Positions 12,701-25,042 of a stretch of 64,000 bases of DNA are shown here, in pieces; within the stretch, counting starts at the first letter, position 1; each line of letters begins with the position of its first letter. The notes under the pieces are model-generated. The model worked only from the letters and a program-made list of their open reading frames with translations, did not search any database and was not told the origin of the DNA. Made by a program: the position numbers and the translations under genes. Origin of the DNA: Strigamia acuminata. Lineage: Eukaryota. The stretch is taken from positions 20,274,001 through 20,338,000 of the forward strand of contig OX442314.1 in NCBI GenBank assembly GCA_949358305.1, in the 5' to 3' direction.

Positions 12701-14796
12701 GCATTCCCTGAATTTTATTTAAAGAAGGACCAACTCACCACCCACTGAAGAACTCTGCTCAGCAACTTCCATCGAGAAATTCAATGCATAAATAAATATA
12801 CGGTAACTTTTTTTTTCCTCCTTTCACACTCGAATAGCAAACTACCCTGTTGTGAAAAATAAACTTTATACAAGTGTGTTGAACCTTATAAACACAACTG
12901 TCATTTTATATCTATGCAAAAAAAATACAGCTGCTCATGGCACCAGCAATTTGAACTGAGGGAGTTGTGGGAAAGCCAAAAAACCCTAATCGCATAAGTA
13001 TCGACAAAACCATTAAAATCATGACACAAACCTGCAATATTCGCGTCCATTTTCACTGGTAAATCCGAAACATATTTCACCATTCCTCCCACTCACTAAT
13101 AATCAAATGGTTTGTTGTTGTCTAAAAAGATCTCTGATCTTGCCCATTTGTCTGATAACTCGCATACCTTTGACCGATTAAAAAAAAATAGTTTTTCTGC
13201 ACAAACCTTCAATCTTATTCGTTGGAACTTCATTTTGCTCCTGTTTTCTTCGAACACCGTCAATTCCAATCAAGTTTTGTCCTTGAAACCATTCAATAGT
13301 AGGATCATATCGGTTTTAGTCTTAAGACACAAAACAGCAATAAATATCTCTAGATATAAAAATAAAATTTTAAAAATGAAAACAATTAGATAATTTTCCG
13401 AGAATTGGCACAAAATAACTAAAAATCGCACTACATTCATCTATTTTTAGGCTTTAAATAGCCATACACCCCGTATACGCCTAAACTGCTCAGGAATGAC
13501 TTGTCTCAACAACTTGAGTATTTGCTTTTTTTCTAACGTAAACTGTAAATGACACGTTGACTCGTTTCTGATCTTTTGCCACGCGTTTGTGTGCCATCTA
13601 TTGAACACAAGTTGTCATTAACGAGGAAAATAATGATTAACGTGCATCGTTAACTGCTTTTGGTTTTAAATATTTAGTCTCTCACTTTACATCTTCATAA
13701 ATTATGTAAAATAAGCTTGAAAGTTGGGTTTCCTCGTAGCTTCAAAAAGATATAGGAGGAGAATTAATTGTCTTACCTGTACGTAGGAAGAGTTTATTTG
13801 CGGGAATGGGCAAATTACGCTGTCAACTGTTCGCTATATTGACCCAAACACAGTTGTTGCTGTTGCCTTTATTGATTGCAGTCGTAAAAAAAATTGAATC
13901 TAAAACTATGATTCAATTTGTAGTAGGCAAACCACTTTAAATAATAGCGTGGAAATGTGAGTGGCGGTTTACATCGCCCAATGTTTACTTTTATTTTTTT
14001 TTTAAAAAAAAAATTTCAAAGCTTTTTTATTTTAACAGGATGAAAGGTAAAGCTGACTAGTCACAGAATGATTTTATTATTCTTAAGACATCTCAATTAT
14101 TTTATAAATTGTATAAAAACATGCCTGCAAATGCCATCTACTGGTAAATTTCAGCAAAATAAATAACTCAATTTTTTTAAATATAATTTTTATTTCTTAA
14201 AAAAAATTGCATTGTATAATATAAATAATCGCGCAGTTTGTTTAATAAATGACATAAAGATACATTTCTAAACGTACAAAAACAACAATACAAAGTGAAC
14301 CCCATTTGTAATATTTTTCCATTATTTGTGTTATCAAACAATTCAACCTCAACTGACACACACTTTTACCTAGCAAATGAATTGATCCAGAACTATTGCC
14401 CGTACAAAATAACAATAACCTCATTCCAATCCATGATAAGTTTGAACCACAACCACAACTATATTACTCACCATTTCAAAATGAATTATTAATAGTACCC
14501 TAGTACTACCAATACTTTTAGAAATTTAACTGACTGACATGGTGAAAAGAAAATAATTAACAAACAATAAAATTAATCAAAGTTTGAAAATCGAACCTTT
14601 CTTCCATTCATATTTTCACAATTTAAGACATTTTAAATTTGGTATTGGTGCCTTGGTGGCGGATCAGTCTCGTTTTCAGGGGCAGATTGAACCGAATCCC
14701 AATGAATCAATGAAATAAACAACGATTAAATCTCGTCGTTAAGTCTTTTAAGAAAATTTTCTTATTCACATTAAATGACTTCATAAATATTAACAG

Positions 14797-14972
14797 TAGG
14801 TGCATTCATAAAGTAATTTAGACTAAACATTATTTTAAACAACGTATTGAAACTGCTTGTCTCCATTAACGTCAAAAATGGCGTCCGATTTCGTCCGTTC
14901 TCGGACGTAGCGGACATGCGCACTACATTTAAACAACAAAACAAGTCAAACCTGGCTTTATGAATGCGCCTA
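14797..14972. mobile_element. MITE-like element, family A copy 1
   Basis: Terminal inverted repeats TAGGTGCATTCATAAAG ... CTTTATGAATGCGCCTA (TA at both ends), no coding capacity, and a second copy at 25292-25417. Confidence 0.75.
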
Positions 14973-15160
14973 ATGAATTTTCTTTTGTAGGTTTATTTGC
15001 CAGCCCAGCGTCAAAAATGAGTATAGTTATAGGCAATAGTTAATTTTAAAAAAGTGTCTAATTTCTCCTACATCAGTCAATCGATTAACGAAACTTGTAA
15101 TCATTTAAATTCATCTACACCCCTTCAAAAAGAATAAAATATAAAATATAAATAAATAAA

Positions 15161-17335
15161 CTATGAGCATATAGGAACTGTGTAAGGTCCAAATGGCGGA
15201 ATAGGTGAATTAGGAGGCAGACGAGCCAATCTTGCCGTGTGTCCGCGACACCTAACAACAAATTCATCCGTCATGAATGAAAAACAACATTGAGTGCGGC
15301 TGGGATCCGTAATAGCGATTAATTGACCGGCACAACAAACTTCTTCCATCTCGTCGTACAAGACATCTCCGCAGCATGCGTACGTCGAGTTGCCTAGGAC
15401 CGGAAATACAATTCCACCGCAACAAGCCTCTTCCGGTGGGGTGTATGTAGCGCCGTTGCAGCATTTTGTAGCTTCCGATCGACGTGGGAGAGATAATTTT
15501 TCTCCAGTGAAAAGATCCTTACAACATAGGTGAGTTTTCGGGTTTACGAGATGTCGGCCACAACACTCGGAGTCGGTGTCGCTCGTGTTGACTACTAAGG
15601 TGATATTAGAATCTTGGCAACATTTTTGCGTTTGGGTGTTGTATAAACTAGGACCACAACATGCGTCGTACGTGTCGGTGCGAGAGTAGGGACGGGATAG
15701 AGCATTGTTACCGCAACACACCTAACGCAACAATAAAATAAATGAAAATTAGTTTGTTTTTGCTATATATTGTCATGTTATCTCGTTATCCCATTTTGTT
15801 CTGTCAAGGTTGACTACATTTTATTAAAATTTCATAAAAATTTCAAAATGTCAAAAAAATATTCAAAATTTATTTTTAAAAATTTAAAATTTATCAAAAT
15901 GTCAAAAATATATTCAAAATTTTATTTTTAAAAATTCAAAATTTATCAAAATGTAAAATTATTAAATTTTGTTTAAATTGGATGTATCCTCTCCCTATTT
16001 GTACACTATAGCAAAATTTGTTCAAATTGTCACAGCTATCCAGCACCCCAAAACATCACTTGTGATGATCATATCTCCATACACCATCATATCTTAATTC
16101 CAATTAAATTCCGCTCTTTAGCCCCAACAAAGTAAACAACATAAAAAACCCAACCAAATTAAATTAAAATCTTACCTGTGAATCAGGATCATATATGTGA
16201 TGTCCACAACAGCGGTCCTTATCACTCCTCCTCTTGACCAAAACTCCAAGACAACACAAATTCACGCTCGAATCAAAAGGCGTTTTACTACAACATTGCG
16301 TTTCTTGCGGGAACCTCGAAGCCACAACACTGGAGCAGCACAATTCAGTCTCCGGATTAAGTGCACGAGCACCGCAGCAAACCGCTCCAGAAACCACCTT
16401 ACGAACCACATTTCCAGCACAGCACAACTCCTTTTCCGGGTCAAAATTGGCCCCCGAACAACACCCCATCCCGACCGGATGTATACTCGATCCACAACAC
16501 GCATGAGTCGAACTGTCGTACGTTTTACCCCCGCAACATCTTGTGCTCTGCGCAGCTGCCGGAAAAACCTTCCACGCTTTATCGGTCACCGAACAACAGA
16601 TCTGATTGGTCGGGTTAAAAGTGGTATTCCCACAACAATTAAGACTCGACAGTTCGTTCCTCGAAAGAAGATTTCCAGAGCAGCAAATCTGCTCCTTTGG
16701 GTCAAAGGCACCACGGTCGCCGCAGCACGTGTCGCTTCCCGGAGTCGATTTGGTCACTACGATCGTGCCAGTTCCGCTCAACGATGGGCAGCAGAGTTGA
16801 GTTAGTGCATCGTACGCTTTGTTTTGGCAACATTTGTCATCGGGTAGATTTTTCCGGACGACGGTTCCATCGCAGCAGAGTTGTGCCCTTTCGTCGTACA
16901 GCAAGCCCTTGCCGCAGCATTTGGCGTGGTCTCGGAATTGGCGAGCGTAGGGATAGCGAATGACTTTGTCGTCGCAGCAGATGGCTCTGACGGTGTTGTA
17001 CGTGATGTTGCCGCAGCAAGCCGCTCCTACTGTTAAAGGGTGAACAGAACCTAAGCAGCAGAGTTGTCGTGTTTGGTCGTATTGTTGGTTTCCGCAGCAA
17101 CGCATCGGAGACATCCAGGATGTTGGGTAGACTTGGCCGCCGCAGCATTTGTCAGTTACAGGGTTGTAGAGTTCATTTACAGTACCTGAAAAGTGAAAAC
17201 TGTTATTCATTCATGTTTAAAGCAAAATTCCTGTACTGCAGGGAAGCTGAATTGTTAACTCGTGAGTCCAGTTCGAGGGGTAAGATTCAATCCAGAATCT
17301 CTGAACCCAAATCTTTTGCAATCCGTTTTTAAATT
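15161..17335 (-). CDS. Galaxin/usherin-like extracellular protein made of di-cysteine repeats; 5' exon(s) unresolved
   Basis: Exons 17335-17237, 17185-16176 and 15721-15161 join in frame. There are 32 CC pairs in repeats of the form CCG..(Y/F)(D/N)P....CC, typical of coral galaxin and the usherin Cys-rich region. Confidence 0.8.
15846..15953. repeat. AT-rich tandem duplication (~53 bp unit, about 2 copies) in the galaxin-like intron
   Basis: The unit AAAATGTCAAAAAWATATTCAAAATTTATTTTTAAAAATTYAAAATTTATC is repeated. Confidence 0.7.
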
Positions 17336-17677
17336 CTGAAGAAAAAAATATTCAATAAAATATGATAAAATCAATTACCAAGTTTACATGCTCACGGTTT
17401 TCCAAAGAAGTGAAAATTCAAATTTTGCTTTTTAGGAATTGATCATGTAAACAAACCAGTTTTCCACAAAAAACAAATGTACTAGCTAGATTTTGAGCTT
17501 CTTACACATTGCAAATGGCCCATTTGCAATATAAACATCAGTGTGTGCATAAAAGTTCTGTACATACCTTCATAAATTATTTCGTGGCCGCATTAAAAAT
17601 GGCCACCAATTATAACTAAAAACGTATTCCTGGGTTTTATAACAAATTTTAATACTTCTTGTTTTTGGGAGAAGTGC

Positions 17678-18824
17678 AAACTTAGTAAGTTCCTGAATCC
17701 CATTTGAAATTCTGTACAAATTTGTAGATTCCCAATCATGGGCATCCAAAAATTGAGTGTCGTATCCCCTCGGTTCAGTTTCTAAAGGCGAATTTAGTGT
17801 TCACATTAAAAGCCACCCGCTATTGTGGCTTATCAGCAGTTGGTCATCATTATTATATTATATCTCATTCTCATCAGGTCAGTTTATTCGGATATGGGCG
17901 TTCTTTGATTGGGATTTTGTATGTGAATTTTCCTCGTCAGTACAGTGAGTCTATTCATTGAATTCTGATATTAATATTATCAAATATTCAATGTCAAATT
18001 CAATATCTAGCTTCAGGATTTGCAGGACATTTCTCATAATTTTTGAAGTTGTACACTTTGTTTAGTGTTATCCATGCAGATAAAAATAGCCAAAAATATA
18101 ATAAACATTTAAACGACATCCGAAGTAGCAAGTCGCACTCATGGCTCCTTCCTAAACTCGTTATTTACGCCCAGACGCTATCACTTTTTTGATTTTTCCA
18201 CCAATTTGAAAAGCATAACCAATTGAAGTTCCTGTGAATTCTTTGTCACGTTAAATTCAGTCATGCGCTCGAAAGTTTACCGATCCGTTCATAAACCATT
18301 TTTTTCAAAGGCAAAAGTTGTTGTGGATAATTCTAACACTCATATAGACACGTGGCAAGTTTTCCCCATGACTAACAAAAAAAATTATATGGGGAATCGT
18401 TATGCTTGAACTATTGGCCCTTGCGTGTTCATTGAAAAATGCTGACAAAATGTCTAGTCAACAAAATGGAAAACTGTGTATCTCATTGGCCTTCTGAACA
18501 ACGCAAAAAATGTTTCACAAAACATTAGTTTGCGTGCACAGTTTGTAAATTTGCATTTATCGCCAAAACGTTTCTTCCATTCCAGATCAATGAGATCATT
18601 CTATAAACCTACTGTAAACCTACAGGTCAGTCTGGTTTGGTTCTTCTTTAAACCAGACTAATTGCATATTTTAGACAGCCATTTAAACTACAGAAGTTGT
18701 TTAAAAGCTGCTGAAATGAAAAATATTTAAACTTGCAAACAAGCGTGTTTCAAAATTGAAATCAGACTAAAACTTAGTAAGTTCCTGAATCCCATCTTAA
18801 ATTCTATACAAATTTGAAGATTCC
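17678..18824 (+). repeat. Dispersed ~55 bp direct repeat pair (17678-17732 and 18770-18824)
   Basis: AAACTTAGTAAGTTCCTGAATCCCAT...AAATTCT.TACAAATTTG.AGATTCC is present twice with few mismatches. Confidence 0.7.
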
Positions 18825-21432
18825 GAAGACCAATTTCGGTTGGTATTAAGAATAAAATAAAAAAAAAATTTGGGAAAGACTTAATTACGGTATTTATTAA
18901 AAGATTCACCTTTCCTTAGTCTTAAGTCATAACTCCAAAGGTCTGACTGCTTTAGCCAATAATTAAATTCCAGTATTCAGGAACTACTCTGTACTTTAGA
19001 TGTACTGGTATTTCTGTTATTGCAATACGATATATGAATAAAAGTGACTTACCAGTAAGGTTTAAAGATGATCTAAAATGAATGTCCATTGATAAAGTCG
19101 ATGTGATGTGGAACATAAACCCACAAATCAAATAAATGATCATTTTGGCAACTAGAAAAGACGGCATCTTGTATAGGTTGTATTCAGCTGATCGGTCGAT
19201 ATTCAAAAAGATACTCACATCAGTCCTCGGCTAAACTAGTACAAGCAGAAATTTTGGTTGTTGTTGATTGCAAACCAAAATGCGAATGGCAGACTTCGAC
19301 CAAACACGAGGAATAATAATAGTTCGGAGTGCGTAAAAATTTCCTGTTTGGGGTCAAATCAAGCGTCCATCCTGCGTTAAATGTTTCTTCCGATTCCGTA
19401 CTATTGAGGAAATAATAATTTTACAATTCCTGCACATAAATTAAAATTCATTCAGACCTGTGCGCGCCTTCCGTCATATTGCTGATATCGGGTTTTGATT
19501 CTTGCGAGAAAGGCGCGAGGTTAAGAAAACCTGGGGTGTCTTCTATAATTCAAATGAAACTTGTTCGTTTTTATCATGTTTTCTACTCACGAATGGAATA
19601 AACGATGTAGATAAATAAATAAAAAATGGATATATTTTCGAATGTTTTTATATTTATATTTGTTTGTTTATATCTGTATAAACTTGAACTTTTGATTCGG
19701 AAGAATAAAATTTTCTAGCTGAATGAGATCATCTTTAATGCATGAGTTTTACACACCGACAGTGCACAACGGAACAAATTAATTTGTGTAAATAAATTTT
19801 CCAAAATAATTCTTTTCTTTCTTACATCCGTTTTTATCAGTCATATCGATATTTTAGTTTTTGTAAAAAGTATAAATTCAAATTTTAAGGAAAAGTTGTA
19901 ATTTCATTCAGCAGTTTCAGATGGATCCACAAGATGATGATATTGGGAGTTTACTAACATTTCCTAGTTGAGTCAGAAGGAAGAGTCTACACATTTCATT
20001 CATACTTTATAATTTATTCTTTTATCACATCAATAGTGAGTATAGTCAGAGGTATAGTCGGTGACAAGGGGTCTTAATATACTGTATGACGTCACAAAAT
20101 GGTTTTATAATCAAAATAACTCGTTTTATCATGAAAAACATTAATAAAACGAAAATTAAGCAAAAATGGTTTTGGGTTAAAAGCAGTTGGAAGGGTAACT
20201 GCGTATACTGAAAATTGAAATGTCAAAATGCTTTCGAGTCTGTCCAAATGATGGATATAAGAAGTCCATAAGTATTAGATCGGATCACTACAAAACATAA
20301 GGGCATACCACAATTGTGGTACTGGGACTCCACATGGCACCTCAAATCATTCAATTAATTCGTTTCAAAACATTAAAACATGAATGAATTAAATTATTTT
20401 AGTTGCTATTTGTGGTTGTAGTCAGATAATAATAAACTGAAGAACATTAGCCACTATCCCACTGAATTAAAAATTTATTTCAGCTGAACTACAAACATAA
20501 CTTAAACATTTTAAAACCAAAACTAAAAAAAACATTAACTGGTTATGTTATAACATCACCATTTGAAATTCTATAAACATGCAGTCTCACAAATCATTTA
20601 TACAATTCCACATCTTTGCTTGAACTCAACTCAACTCAACTCAACAAAAAACATCCCAACAAACTACTCATACTTAACAAATTTGCTGCACTAAATGGAC
20701 TATAATGATATCAACCAACTTCTTCCTTCATCCATTTAGCTAAATTAGATACTTTGTCTAATTAGCCTATGTCTGGGCACTTATTATCTCCAATTGCATT
20801 GACCTTGCAGATGGAATCACACAAAGGTTTTGCAGCCCCAGGCAAAACTACAAAACCCCAGTTCAACTAAGACATCTCAACATAACTGTTGTTACCTACC
20901 ACCTGTGAACCTGACCTGTCGTAACACAAATGGATTCACTCAAAAAATAATCAAAGTAAGTATTAAATAGCTGAAATTTCCTGTCTTTTAACATATATAT
21001 CAATGTTTCACAACTGGAGTAATTTTCCGTCCAATAGTTTAGTTTATTTTCAGTAATTACATATGATTTGTTTAATTTTTTGCTGGGAAAAATTATTCAT
21101 GCTCAGCTTTAGATGAATGTCATTTGACAGGAAGTGAATGAATTACAGCTAAATGTGCGGAAACTTCAGTGACTTCGTCAGATAGTCATTGAGTGTGCCT
21201 GAGTTTTAACTGGAAATGCGTTACACTTTTCCAGTTTTCTAGTTTACTTTTTATTCTCATTTTTAGCTTCCAACTAGGGCGTGATAAACATATCTCTTTT
21301 CGTTGGATTAAGTTCACTTCAAAAAACTAGCACACCGCAAAGTTTCAATCAATTTCATTTCATTTTTTTTATTTAAACTATGCAGTATCCAGTGAATTAT
21401 ATAATCAATGTCTGAGACCCCATCATTATACA

Positions 21433-22887
21433 ATGGCCATCAATCTACAATTCATCTTATGCATTCTGTGCTTAATCATATGTCAAGGTAAGTCACATTC
21501 TAGAATATCAAATTTATATCATTTACTTGTATAAGATCCGTTAAGTTTCTAATTATTTATCTCATTTTTCTTGGCTTTTTATCATAAAAAAAGAAAATTT
21601 CGTTGGCAGAACATAATATTCTTAAGAGAGGTCAAGTGAGATAACATAGATCTCACACGCTCTTAAACTGTAATAAAAATAAATAATAAGGCGACTCAGG
21701 AATGTCTATGCAATTGCTTATGAAACCATTTGGAAGACTATACAATTTAGTAAATTTTTCAGGTGTAGATACTCTAAATTACTAGTTACCAATTATCTTG
21801 AACACTCACAATACATAACCAGGAAACAATGTTCATTATGAGTAATTTACACTAACCTTGAAGAGTTTTGCTGCACTCGAGTTACATAAACCAATTTGCC
21901 ATTGATGGATCCTTATCAAATAAATATTTGCAGAGTCGACACTCAAAATACAGACACTGCTACTTACTTGGCATCATTTAGCGTCAATTAGCCGCTGTTG
22001 TTACAAATCATATTGAAATATATACATATATATATAAAGTACACAGCGCTTTTCCCATGCAGCATTGGTTTGAAAGATATCTCACCCGAGTGGGCGACGA
22101 TCATATATATATATATTCTTTCCAATATTTCTTTCTCTCTTCTGATCTGATGATAATTTTTTGTCTTCTAAAGATCTAAACAATTTTCATATTTACAGCA
22201 GCCCAAAATCAGATGTTTGACGATAGGGACGAAGCTCTTAATGAGTATTTTCTCGAAATTCTCGAAGGATTTCGACTGACAATGCCAGTTGGACTCGATG
22301 AACTCAATATGCCGGTCTTGGAACCCGCTTTCATCAGTCACAGAACATGGAATTACAACAACCAAGGCACTAGATTCACCATCAAACTCGACAATGTCAC
22401 AATCCAAGGTCTCTCCGACTTCGAAGTGGATCATTTGGACATTCGGATTCGCAGCTTAGAGACTCACGCAAAGCTGCGATTTCCATTTCTTAAAGCCGAA
22501 GGAAAGTACAATTTGAAAGGAGTCGGTTATCACGTGCTTCCTCTCAAAGGCAACGGTCCTTGGTGGCTCAATCTCAAAGACTTTACGCTGGATCTTCTTC
22601 TCAAAGGTGAAATCAGAAGCCAGAAAAAGTTCAATTTGAAAATGTTGTCGGTGATTGGAGATGTGAGCGAAGTAAAAATGCATTTCGCCAATTTGTTGGA
22701 GTCGGGACAGAATTTGAGTCGAGTAGTTAATGGAATTCTTCGGACTAACGGAAGGCGAATTTTGAACCGAATCACAACTCTTCTTCGAATTGCTCTTGAA
22801 GAAGCGATTGCACCTTACGTGGATATGTTGGACGCATCAATTATATTTGAATTCACTGGACATAATTCAACGTTTACAACAATTTGA
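21433..22887 (+). CDS. Secreted JHBP/takeout-family (TULIP-like) lipid-binding protein, 2 exons
   Basis: Signal-peptide exon MAINLQFILCILCLIICQ (21433-21487, G|GTAAG) joins in frame to 22199. Motifs GLDELNMPVLEP, NVTIQGLSDFEV and GKYNLKG...LPLKGNG are typical of the JHBP family. Confidence 0.8.
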
Positions 22888-22905
22888 TTGTTATCATCGA
22901 TTTCA

Positions 22906-23352
22906 GACTAAGGATTGAAGGACTGGAAACTCCTGGTTAAATTTCCAATCGAGGGAAAAGCATTGCATTGTGGGAGCACAATTCTCCCATGGCTATATAT
23001 TTAGTACGGTGGAGTGTTTTTTGGTGAAATAGAACGCAAAAATGGGTAGAAACTGCAATCAAAGACAGATTGTATAGGACAAGTCCTAAAGAATAAATTA
23101 AATTAAAATTAGATGAGAAACAATTAACAAATAATCTGTTAAATTTTTATTTAATTTATTACTAGTATTACACGTAGTGCGCTGAAATAATCGGCGTATT
23201 TCAGATGTTCTACACGTGTTTTGCCGTAATCATAAACAAGCTTGCGTGGTATTATGGGAATAAAAATTATTTTTATAAATTTTTTAGCCAAAAATGCATT
23301 GGGAGCTTTTGAGCTTGATCTTCATGGTTTTCCAGTCCTTCAATCCTTGGTC
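22906..23352. mobile_element. MITE-like element (hAT-like ends) just after the JHBP stop
   Basis: 24-bp TIRs GACTAAGGATTGAAGGACTGGAAA ... TTTCCAGTCCTTCAATCCTTGGTC (1 mismatch); no clean TSD. Confidence 0.65.
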
Positions 23353-23556
23353 CTTGATCAGTTGGTGCTGTGCCATTTTTTAACCTCTTAAAATTGTTGA
23401 AAAAAAAATAAGAAATAATCATGAATAAAAATAAAATAAAAAATTGCCTAAAACAAAAATAAAATATATTGCATGACAGAATATATAATTCATATAATTG
23501 ATTTTATTTTATTTTTTACAGTTTTCTGTAAATGTATTTTTAAATAAAAAACAATA

Positions 23557-24285
23557 TCTCAACTATACAAATGTCTGTTTGTCTGTTACATCAATAACTC
23601 TAGAAAGCTTACCTCAATTGTAACGAAATTTGGACAGTTTATTCTGTATGAATTTTCTAGGTCAAAGAAACTATTTTCCGATTGCTACGTTGTTCCCTTA
23701 ACAAGTTATCACAATTTTTTAAGCCCAAAACCAACCATTGCCGGCCCGATGATCGGTCCAGCCAGCCCAATAATCGGTCTGATCGTTCCAGACCGATGAT
23801 CGTCCTGACTATTCCAGCCTAGTGATCGTTCTGATCGTTTTTTTTCTTGCCACAGTTGTTTTTTTTGGGGCCATTTATGGCATGAAATTCAAAAATTTTC
23901 CTGAAGAGGGGGGGTTTCCACCCTCCCTAGACCCCAATGGCCTTCCCTTTAAACAATTTCTCGTTCCGCTTATGGTTACCATTTGATAACCATACAGAGT
24001 CTTTTGCTTTGGAGGGTTCGTAGATGGGAATGTCTTTTCTCTTCGGTGTAAAAATTCGAGAAATCCATTGTCAATTTCCAAGGTGTCGGACCATATTTGC
24101 GACGCGGTCCGGGAAGTCGGTGATCCACTGCATGACGGTCAGGTCTTGGGGATTGGGATTTGTTCTATATCTAATCATGGCGAATGTGAATGTTGTGCCA
24201 ACTTTCTTGCAAGAATACTTTTTTTCTTAGTTTTTCTTGTTTTTCTTCAATGCAATTATTAAAACTCCGGGCGAAGTTATGGAGG
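23557..24285. mobile_element. Possible non-autonomous Helitron-like / interspersed repeat remnant
   Basis: 5' TGTCTGTTTGTCTGT...ACGAAATTTGG signature, internal minisatellite and a 3' CCGGGCGAAG-type hairpin remnant. Pattern recognition only. Confidence 0.35.
23741..23839. repeat. Degenerate ~27 bp minisatellite, about 4 units
   Basis: Recurrent CCAGCCCGATGATCGGTCTGATCGTT-like unit. Confidence 0.65.
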
Positions 24286-25042
24286 AAAAATTTTTTAAAC
24301 ATATGAATACAAATTGCAATTATTCATCAACAGATGGCATTGTCTTAACTAACTTCCTTCAACTTAACCCTTTAACCCTTTAATTTAAAGGATTATGTCA
24401 AAATTAAACCTCAATAAAAACTTGAATGGTATCTAGTATGCATTAAACAATTTAAAATAATCTGCTCACAAATATTTACTGCACAATAGAACGGTATCAC
24501 ATTTTCTGGGGACCCAATTTTATCAACGGCCAAAATCGTGATAATCGAATCGAGTTTCTGATATAGGTTCGATGTATCGTTTGTTTCGTGCTGTGACATT
24601 GTTTTTTGGCAACAGTAGATCATCTGCAGCCAACTATCTAACTTCAAAGGGTATAATTTTTTGTTCAAAGACTCAAAATTAATGCTTCGAGCACTGAAAA
24701 GCAAACTCAAGGTCGTTCTTTCAGGTAGATTTCAAAGTTTAGAAAAGATGATTCAATAAAAAACTAAACTAAGCTTATTAAAAAGAATTAAATGACAATT
24801 AAAAATACGCTAATCTTACCATAGGCCTTTCGACTGTTCCCAGCCAACTTCAGTGGTTTGTGATAACAAAGTGATACTAATATGAAATAGAAGTTTAAAA
24901 TAAAACGAAATTTATTGCATTGTTTGCTAGAAAATTGTAATTATTTCCCGTTCATGTCTTTTTAGCCACCAGCCTATATTTCTTAACCCACGCAGCTTTA
25001 AACCCAAATCCAATTCAGAATTCAACAGTGACTGAAACGAGC

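Noticed and set aside
16197..17332. Several long overlapping ORFs on both strands (e.g. 16197-16805 +)
   Set aside because: Shadow frames of the GC-rich galaxin-like exon; no independent features.
17850..17945. CTGATGA and CTGACGA on the minus strand suggesting a hammerhead ribozyme or C/D snoRNA
   Set aside because: No GAAA core with matching stems and no convincing terminal stem.
18000..18119. Signal-peptide-like MSFKCLLYFWLFLSAW as the galaxin-like start exon
   Set aside because: No phase-compatible donor found that joins it to the exon at 17335 without a stop.
23741..23839. Repeat array superficially like CRISPR
   Set aside because: No unique spacers, degenerate units, eukaryotic context and no cas genes.
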